45,923 nt of DNA, taken from a virus. The notes below the pieces were generated by a model. It was not told the DNA's origin, ran no database searches, and was given only the letters and a program-made list of their open reading frames with translations. Below are positions 40,315 through 45,923 of this stretch, in pieces; positions within the stretch are counted from its first letter, which is position 1, and each line of letters begins with the position of its first letter. The DNA lies in the IMG/VR virus record IMGVR_UViG_3300045988_112896, positions 1 through 45,923 of that record. The stretch is one strand, 5' to 3'. A program made the translations under genes and the position numbers.

Positions 40315-40893
40315 TCAGACTCCTTCCACATGACTTGCCAACATATCGGCTTGATGTGTCCAAAGGACATTTGGATAGGCTCTTACCGCTCTGGTGTAAT
40401 CGTTCCACTCGGACTTTTCGGTGAAAGCTCCCATGTGATACCGGATACACAAGACCTCTTCCTCGGTCAGTGTGTAAAACTGGCTCAGGAGCATAACCGA
40501 TTTATCACCATGACCCTTGAGAAGAGTGTTAGGGTTATACTCCCACTCATTCTCAGAGTACAGTTCAGTTCCGTCCAGAAGGTGAAGGTCTAACTTGGGA
40601 TGACGGTACTGGTCAATCTTACACAGATCGTGGAAGATACCGACCAAGTAGGGAGAACGGCAGTTTGCCCATTTGAGCTGCAAACTCTCAGTCAAACCGA
40701 CCAAGTGTTTTGCCACGGACAGGGAATGGTCAAATAACCCTCCCTCATAATTCCCGTGATACTTGGTCGAAGCGGGAGCCACAAAAAATCCATTGGCAGT
40801 CAAGTAATCCAGAATATCAATCGTAGCGAGAGGACTTCCGTCCGGCATACGCATGAAATTCAGGAACTCAGACCGTCTATCACGCTCACTCAT
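40315..40893 (-). CDS. HD-domain phosphohydrolase
   Basis: KYHGNYEGGLFDHSL...GIFHDLCK contains the H...HD...D pattern. The start is taken at ATG 40893, after AAAGGAG. Confidence 0.75.
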   Translation of the reverse strand: MSERDRRSEFLNFMRMPDGSPLATIDILDYLTANGFFVAPASTKYHGNYEGGLFDHSLSVAKHLVGLTESLQLKWANCRSPYLVGIFHDLCKIDQYRHPKLDLHLLDGTELYSENEWEYNPNTLLKGHGDKSVMLLSQFYTLTEEEVLCIRYHMGAFTEKSEWNDYTRAVRAYPNVLWTHQADMLASHVEGV

Positions 40894-41239
40894 GGGTGGT
40901 ACTCCTTTCATACTCGGGGCGATGAATACTGCGGTTCGGGTCAAAGCCGTCAGGATAACGAGCCAGGAGCTTATTGATATTCGCCGAGAAAATGTCATCG
41001 AGATTCTTCCCGATTGCAGAAGCGGTTATTGCCAGATACCAAGCCACATCGCCAAGTTCTTCGGCAATGTGTTCTGTATCGAGCTTATGCCCTTGGAAGG
41101 TAGCCTTTTTGATAATGTCGGCAACTTCCCCGGATTCTCCGCAAAGGCCGAGTACTCCATTGATGACCATTCCGTGATGTTCATAATTCATGCCACTGGC
41201 TGTACGGAGAGCCGCTTTCTGGTACTCATTACCGGTCAT
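40886..41239 (-). CDS. mazG: MazG-like nucleoside triphosphate pyrophosphohydrolase
   Basis: MTGNEYQKAALRT...GLCGESGEVADIIKK...EELGDVAWYLA is the EExxE/D MazG core. Confidence 0.8.
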   Translation of the reverse strand: MTGNEYQKAALRTASGMNYEHHGMVINGVLGLCGESGEVADIIKKATFQGHKLDTEHIAEELGDVAWYLAITASAIGKNLDDIFSANINKLLARYPDGFDPNRSIHRPEYERSTTHE

Positions 41240-41510
41240 TCTGAGCAACCTCCATTTCCAAAACGGTCATGATTGCGTAATTAGCGAGGTCAATCAAGGT
41301 ATCCCGGATAGACTCGTCATTGACTTTCTGCTCCTGATTGCGAGAGAGTATCTTGAAGCGATTGAGCTTATCGCTTAAACGGATACGGGCCATTGCCATT
41401 CCCTCTTCTTTGAAGGTCTGACCGAAACTATCTCCGTAATCTGCGTTCTTGGCGCAATAGAGGGAGTGAATTTCATTGCAGATCGCTTCGTGCTGCTGGT
41501 ATTTGTCCAT
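41229..41510 (-). CDS. DUF1599-like helical protein (family often linked to nucleotide-metabolism genes)
   Basis: YCAKNADYGDSFGQTF...ARIRLSDKLNRFKIL...DTLIDLANYAIM resembles the DUF1599 pattern. The start is at MDKYQQ. Confidence 0.55.
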   Translation of the reverse strand: MDKYQQHEAICNEIHSLYCAKNADYGDSFGQTFKEEGMAMARIRLSDKLNRFKILSRNQEQKVNDESIRDTLIDLANYAIMTVLEMEVAQNDR

Positions 41511-41595
41511 GTATCTTATCCTCACTTTCAACAGAGTTTTCCACAAACCATTGGAGAGGGAGAGGGTAAAGATTACCGCTCTCCCTCACACTCGG

Positions 41596-42078
41596 TTATC
41601 CCAGCAGAGCGGCCAAATCCATAGAGGGCTTCTTAGGGGCCTGAGAAGACGCAGAAGCCGTTTTTGCGGCAGGGGTAGTAGTAGGTGCGGCAGTCTCTTC
41701 CCAGCCGTCAGAGGGCCGTTTATCGGCCAAACGGGCGAAGGTAATGGTCTGCCCAGGCTTGTTCTTGTTCTCCTGAACATCATGCTCCACATCACACTCG
41801 ATGAAATGACCAATCAGGTCGGTGTGGTCAATGTCCGTAAGAGAGAAATCGTTGAGAGCGGTCTTGGCGAAATAGCTGAACGCATTCAGCGCACCTTCGT
41901 TGGCAGAGCCATCAGCTTTCAGGAGAGAGTACCGCTCAATGTGCTTGGCACCAGCCTGGGTCTGCATGGTCACTTCCAGTTTGCCAAAGGCTTCCTTGTA
42001 GTTGACCGCCGTGATCTTGAACACATAGGTTCCTTCGGGGATAAGAGTGAATCCATCGGTGAGTCCGATTCTTGCCAT
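41596..42078 (-). CDS. DUF669-family protein (phage ssDNA-binding-type)
   Basis: 160-aa ORF with an N-terminal beta-rich domain and a low-complexity Pro/Ala/Thr tail. It sits in the recombination module beside the ERF and exonuclease genes. Confidence 0.55.
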   Translation of the reverse strand: MARIGLTDGFTLIPEGTYVFKITAVNYKEAFGKLEVTMQTQAGAKHIERYSLLKADGSANEGALNAFSYFAKTALNDFSLTDIDHTDLIGHFIECDVEHDVQENKNKPGQTITFARLADKRPSDGWEETAAPTTTPAAKTASASSQAPKKPSMDLAALLG

Positions 42079-42092
42079 ATTGGTTGTCCTCC

Positions 42093-42578
42093 TTAATTTT
42101 CAGGTACGGGAAAGATAATCCCTACCAGTTCGTCATCATCGTCCGGCAGCTCAGGATACCGCTTGACCAGCAGAGCCTTACCGACACTGGTATTAGTATC
42201 AATGTCGTAGGCATACAGAATTTCGCACAGGTCGGATTTCTCAATGAGACTCCAATCGTCATTGCTGATCTTGAGGGAAATCGTGCCGTCCTTGGTCTTA
42301 AAGACCCGAATGCAGTCTTTGATTTTGCCATCAGGGTAAGGCATAATGGCCTCGGTAAGCTCCGCATACTCGGTATGACCAATCTGGTCAATCATCTTGC
42401 TAATGGCCGTGGGCATATTCTGAATGGCCGCAGCAGTTACGCTCTTTACCGTAGTGGGAATGAGCATCATAGCCGTGGGAGAAGCTAACCAGCGGTCAGC
42501 AAAAGGAAGGTCTTCGACTCCACGCTGATAGATGACTCCGCTGGAAGCAAGGGTTTTCACAAACTTCTCAAATTTCAT
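42093..42578 (-). CDS. Hypothetical protein (161 aa)
   Basis: ORF track only. Confidence 0.5.
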   Translation of the reverse strand: MKFEKFVKTLASSGVIYQRGVEDLPFADRWLASPTAMMLIPTTVKSVTAAAIQNMPTAISKMIDQIGHTEYAELTEAIMPYPDGKIKDCIRVFKTKDGTISLKISNDDWSLIEKSDLCEILYAYDIDTNTSVGKALLVKRYPELPDDDDELVGIIFPVPEN

Positions 42579-42590
42579 GACAAGTCCTCC

Positions 42591-42689
42591 TTACTTCTTT
42601 CTGCCGCACCATACGGCATAAATGATACAGGCAAGCAGTTCAACCATGATGATCGAAACCACACCAGCAACAAAGGGATCAACATACAT
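42591..42689 (-). CDS. Hydrophobic mini-ORF (32 aa)
   Basis: My own translation gives MYVDPFVAGVVSIIMVELLACIIYAVWCGRKK. The RBS AAGGAGG lies 8 nt upstream. The ORF exactly fills the gap between its neighbours. Confidence 0.45.
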   Translation of the reverse strand: MYVDPFVAGVVSIIMVELLACIIYAVWCGRKK

Positions 42690-42692
42690 AGG

Positions 42693-43733
42693 TCAGCCCT
42701 CCTTAATGGCTTTCGGAGTAATCCGATAGCTGTCCTCAGTGGTGGTGTACTTCTCCAACACACCGTCCGCTTTCATAGCGTCCTTATTGATCTTGCTGGT
42801 GGAAGTACGACTGACCTCCCAGGTATAGGCGGTACCGGAAATGGATACCTTCTTGTCACCGTCACGGAATTGGGAAATGGCAGACTGCTTAATCATATCG
42901 ACCAGCTTCTTATACCGTTTCTCGTCCTCAGCAATGGTGGCCTGAACCTTGTCAATCTGGGCTTTCAGCTCTTCGGCTTCCTTTACCAGAGCCGCCATAT
43001 CGGTTTCCGGGGAAAGGTTGTTGGTACGAAGAGCTTGCAGAATTTCGGCATCCTTTTTCTCGTCATACTCAGGGGAAAGGCCGGTATCAACATGGTCTTT
43101 CCACCACTTCATAGCGGGTTTCACATACCGCTTCTCGAAGTCCGGGTAACGCTCAGACACTTTGAAGGGCCGGGTAATCGTGTTGGAAGAGCTGCATACG
43201 AAATTCTCAGGGTGGTCATAATCGCCGGGGTCAAGGAAGGAAGCGACCATGATTACATCGTCAACTCCCAGGAGGTAGGCATAAAGAGCCGCTTGCAGAG
43301 CATAATACTCAGGAATGTCCTCTGTCCAATCCTCAACCCGCTTGGAGGTCTTCATTTCGAGAACCGTGGTGGGCTTTCCGTTCTTATCATGCAGAAGGTA
43401 GTCCCACATACCGCCGAAAACCGGAACCTCGTGGAAGAAGTCACCGAAGGTCTTCTTGAAGTAGTCAGCACCGTAAATGTCGGTAGGGGTAACCAGATTG
43501 TTCATGAAGTAAGCGTCCTTCATGTACTGAGCCTGTTTCGGCTCAATAGTCTTACCGGCAATGGTGTAGATCGTGTCCTCAAAGGGCTTCTGATAGGTGC
43601 GGGTAACCTCACACCAAATCTCGAAGGGAGTAGACCAGGGGTTAAGTCCGAGGACGGTAGCAAAGCGGGTGGCCGTCAGCTTCTTTGGACGCTTGGGCGG
43701 CACAATCTGGATTTTGTTATCACGCCATTCCAT
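42693..43733 (-). CDS. YqaJ-like recombination exonuclease (PD-(D/E)XK)
   Basis: LTATRFATVLGLNPWSTPFEIW is the YqaJ N-terminal signature. LEMKTSK supplies the catalytic E-x-K. It is paired with ERF. Confidence 0.8.
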   Translation of the reverse strand: MEWRDNKIQIVPPKRPKKLTATRFATVLGLNPWSTPFEIWCEVTRTYQKPFEDTIYTIAGKTIEPKQAQYMKDAYFMNNLVTPTDIYGADYFKKTFGDFFHEVPVFGGMWDYLLHDKNGKPTTVLEMKTSKRVEDWTEDIPEYYALQAALYAYLLGVDDVIMVASFLDPGDYDHPENFVCSSSNTITRPFKVSERYPDFEKRYVKPAMKWWKDHVDTGLSPEYDEKKDAEILQALRTNNLSPETDMAALVKEAEELKAQIDKVQATIAEDEKRYKKLVDMIKQSAISQFRDGDKKVSISGTAYTWEVSRTSTSKINKDAMKADGVLEKYTTTEDSYRITPKAIKEG

Positions 43734-43735
43734 TG

Positions 43736-44950
43736 TTATCCCTCCTGAGACTCGTAGGCCGTCAGCATTTCGGTCACACCGGCAATGAGCTGGGCGCAAG
43801 CATCAGAGGTGATCTTGGTGAATCCCTCGGTCTTGACGGCCACACTCTGAACGAAAGACTCCTGTTCCGGGTCAATCTCCATAAGCTCCTTGAGCTTAGA
43901 TTTCAGACCCTTAATCTGCTCTTCGCTGGCAGAATCGGAAGGAGGGGAAGTCAGCTCCGTCTTGATCTCCTGACGCTTCTCCTGCGTCACAGGGGGCTTT
44001 TTGGTAGGCTTGGGAGTAGGAACGGGAGAAGGACTGTCGGTAGCATCATCGGCACCGGAAGTGTTGTCAATGCTGTCGGACTCGATAATGTCCAAGACAA
44101 GCTGCCACAGGTACCGGCGCATATAGGTGATAGAACTACCCAGGGCTTGCATCTCATTGGTGACAACCTTACCGGTATTGGACACGATGGGAGCAATCTG
44201 GGTGAAGGGGGCCTCGAACACAATGGGGTCTTCGTCCCGGTCATCGACATTGTAGACCTTGGCCGTTGCAGACTCCTTACCGAAGGTAGGAACCATCAAC
44301 AGGCCGACTTCGGAGAAGATGGACTCAGCAGAAGGAACAATGTCCTGCAACTCGAAGTACATGAATTCCAGGTGAATGTTCTTGCCGGTTTTCTTCACAC
44401 CGGCTTGCAGGAACTTCAACCGGGCAATCTGCAACTTCTGACAGGCGTTCATGCTGGTGTAGTCCACGGTGGCGGTTTCCTCAGTTTTCTTGGTAGGCAT
44501 ATTTGTTTCCTCCTTGTTAAAAATACAAAGCATTGAAGGGAAAGGTGCTGTTCCAACGGATTGTCCACGATCTTCAAATTTCAACCGGCCTTTCAGAAAA
44601 TGAACGGTAACACCCGGCTTGTTATAGATGAAATCATGAAATGATTTTCGATCTGTTCTTGCCGGGATAAGAAGCACGACCAATGTGTTCGGCTTTTGAG
44701 CTTCTTCCCAACATTTTTGAGTCCATAGGCCAGTTTCAACATTTCCGTAGGGAGGATTGCAGAAGACACGCTCCCCCCCCCAATCCTGAGCCAACCCGTC
44801 AGTTTCCTTGGTATAGTACCGAGGTAGCTTGTGATTGCTGTCACTTGCGGCAGCGTCAAGGGTGAAATGGAAGTGTTCATGGAGCTTGTCAAAAAGACTT
44901 TGAGGGGTTTCCCAATCGTCCTTCTTGCTCATGAAGTGAACATTATTCAC
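43736..44950 (-). CDS. Single ORF fusing a phage Dam-type N6-adenine DNA methyltransferase (aa 1-150) to an ERF single-strand annealing protein (aa 151-404)
   Basis: The N-terminal part reads WETPQSLF...FTLDAAAS...VFCNPPYG (NPPY motif). The C-terminal part reads KKTGKNIHLEFMYFELQDIV...GSSITYMRRYLW (ERF pattern). An internal AAGGAGG (44509..44515) and ATG 44500 are in frame, with no stop between the two domains. Confidence 0.8.
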   Translation of the reverse strand: MNNVHFMSKKDDWETPQSLFDKLHEHFHFTLDAAASDSNHKLPRYYTKETDGLAQDWGGERVFCNPPYGNVETGLWTQKCWEEAQKPNTLVVLLIPARTDRKSFHDFIYNKPGVTVHFLKGRLKFEDRGQSVGTAPFPSMLCIFNKEETNMPTKKTEETATVDYTSMNACQKLQIARLKFLQAGVKKTGKNIHLEFMYFELQDIVPSAESIFSEVGLLMVPTFGKESATAKVYNVDDRDEDPIVFEAPFTQIAPIVSNTGKVVTNEMQALGSSITYMRRYLWQLVLDIIESDSIDNTSGADDATDSPSPVPTPKPTKKPPVTQEKRQEIKTELTSPPSDSASEEQIKGLKSKLKELMEIDPEQESFVQSVAVKTEGFTKITSDACAQLIAGVTEMLTAYESQEG

Positions 44951-45923
44951 ACTTCCACCTCCATCATAGCCAGCAGCTTCTTCTTGATGGAATTGACCTT
45001 TCTGGTATTCCGCTTGGGCGGTTTCAATCCGAGGAAGTCACGGACATACCGCTTTGCCAGACGGATATACCAGTCACGGTCTACCACATCAATGGTCAGG
45101 TGATTGTCATTGTCCACCACACACTTAGACGGAAGACCGGCAATCTTCACAGGGTTTCCGGTACTCAGGTGCATTTTGTAGAGTGTTCCGTATCGGTGGT
45201 CACTCGTGGCGTACACACGATTTACCTTCTGGACTACCACCATTTCCCCGTCTACCTCATGAAGAGCATCGCCGTATTTACTACCGGCTTTTGCAACCAA
45301 CTGGAAATCCAGTAACCGGTCACACTCCATAATGGTCTTTTCAACGGGAACTTCGTAGGCCAGATAATCCTTAACCGCTCTTGCTACTACACAAGCGTTG
45401 TTGTTGATGTTGAACGCTCCTGCCGGGGCAATCCCTCGAACCAGGACACCGCCTTTGATTTTCGGCTCTCCCTTAAAGGGCACCTCAACATAATTGTTCA
45501 CATCTTTCTGGCAGATCATCTTTATCAGGTCTTCTTCCAGCTCAAACCCGGTACGCTGTTCCCACTCCTGAGTAATCTCCTGATACTTGGGAATATCCGA
45601 GTTATCCAAGCTGACCATGATACCATCGGTGTTGAGCTGAATGATTTTCAAAGTGGGACATTCCTGAGTAAGATGTTCTGCCATCTCAAGCAACTGTAAC
45701 TGACCTGAGATACAAACCGACCGGCCCATGAGAGGGTCATAGAGGGCGTTGTACTTATTCAGCATAGCTCCATAGGTGGTATTCAGAACCAGCTTCAAAG
45801 CATTTGCCGTGGCTTTATCGCCGGACTTTTTTGCCTTAACTCTCCGCTCAATGGTAGCTGCGTACACATCGGGAGAGGGGATATTCCGGCTACAATAGCC
45901 ATTCAGTGTCATTTGGTGCGGAT
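44947..45923 (-). CDS. Family B DNA polymerase, C-terminal polymerase part
   Basis: ORF track 44947..45912. KLVLNTTYGAM matches PolB motif B (KxxxNSxYG) and QLNTDGIMV matches motif C. The frame stays open to the window end and continues in 1..982. The combined gene is about 619 aa after removing the 99-nt duplicate. Confidence 0.9.
   Translation of the reverse strand, partial: PHQMTLNGYCSRNIPSPDVYAATIERRVKAKKSGDKATANALKLVLNTTYGAMLNKYNALYDPLMGRSVCISGQLQLLEMAEHLTQECPTLKIIQLNTDGIMVSLDNSDIPKYQEITQEWEQRTGFELEEDLIKMICQKDVNNYVEVPFKGEPKIKGGVLVRGIAPAGAFNINNNACVVARAVKDYLAYEVPVEKTIMECDRLLDFQLVAKAGSKYGDALHEVDGEMVVVQKVNRVYATSDHRYGTLYKMHLSTGNPVKIAGLPSKCVVDNDNHLTIDVVDRDWYIRLAKRYVRDFLGLKPPKRNTRKVNSIKKKLLAMMEVEV
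45825..45923. repeat. Terminal direct repeat, copy 2 (identical to 1..99)
   Basis: Same 99-nt string as the window start. Confidence 0.95.

Noticed and set aside
966-45923. Alternative genetic code or stop-codon reassignment as an explanation for the broken genes
   Set aside because: All interrupted genes are broken by frame changes at short runs, not by in-frame stops. Ordinary genes end on TAA, TAG and TGA alike, with normal lengths.

Overview
This window is a complete, circularly permuted temperate tailed-phage genome of about 45.8 kb. The first 99 nt are identical to the last 99 nt. Only the lysogeny module is on the + strand: an XRE-type repressor and a large serine integrase at 6.2-8.3 kb. 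All other genes are on the minus strand. In transcription order they are as follows. (1) A strong leftward promoter at 6.19-6.22 kb. (2) Early, replication and recombination genes, running 6.0 kb -> 1 -> wrap -> 34.3 kb: a remote DGR target, RecU-like resolvase, SF2 helicase, C5-methyltransferase, PolB, Dam-ERF, YqaJ exonuclease, DUF669, DUF1599, MazG, HD, ThyX, SleB-like protein, PrimPol, a MazF-like cassette, D5-type primase-helicase and a FolD-like protein. (3) terS. (4) A 3.8-kb accessory island. (5) terL, portal, scaffold, capsid, connectors, tail, a G/GT chaperone pair with a canonical -1 slippery site, the tape measure protein and distal tail proteins. (6) A diversity-generating retroelement (DGR). 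(7) The lysis cassette (holin, amidase). The strongest signal is the DGR. It has one template repeat and two variable repeats, and each VR differs from the TR at 16 positions that are all TR adenines. One VR lies in a tail-tip gene and the other in a remote gene of the early region. Other items worth follow-up: a duplicated ~125-bp dyad element immediately upstream of both terS and the holin gene; the self-promoted, terminator-bounded island between terS and terL (small serine recombinase, HTH protein, lipoprotein, four unknown genes); a 62-nt tRNA-like element that lacks the anticodon arm; and a MazF-like gene flanked by two Cys-rich mini-ORFs that splits the primase module. Six frame anomalies lie at short nucleotide runs: three in the C5-MTase, and one each in thyX, the SleB-like gene and the Dam-ERF junction. 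They could be real slippage or decay, or they could be sequencing artefacts. No CRISPR array, rRNA or canonical tRNA was seen. Function calls rest on motifs I recognise in the supplied translations and on gene order. No database search was possible.
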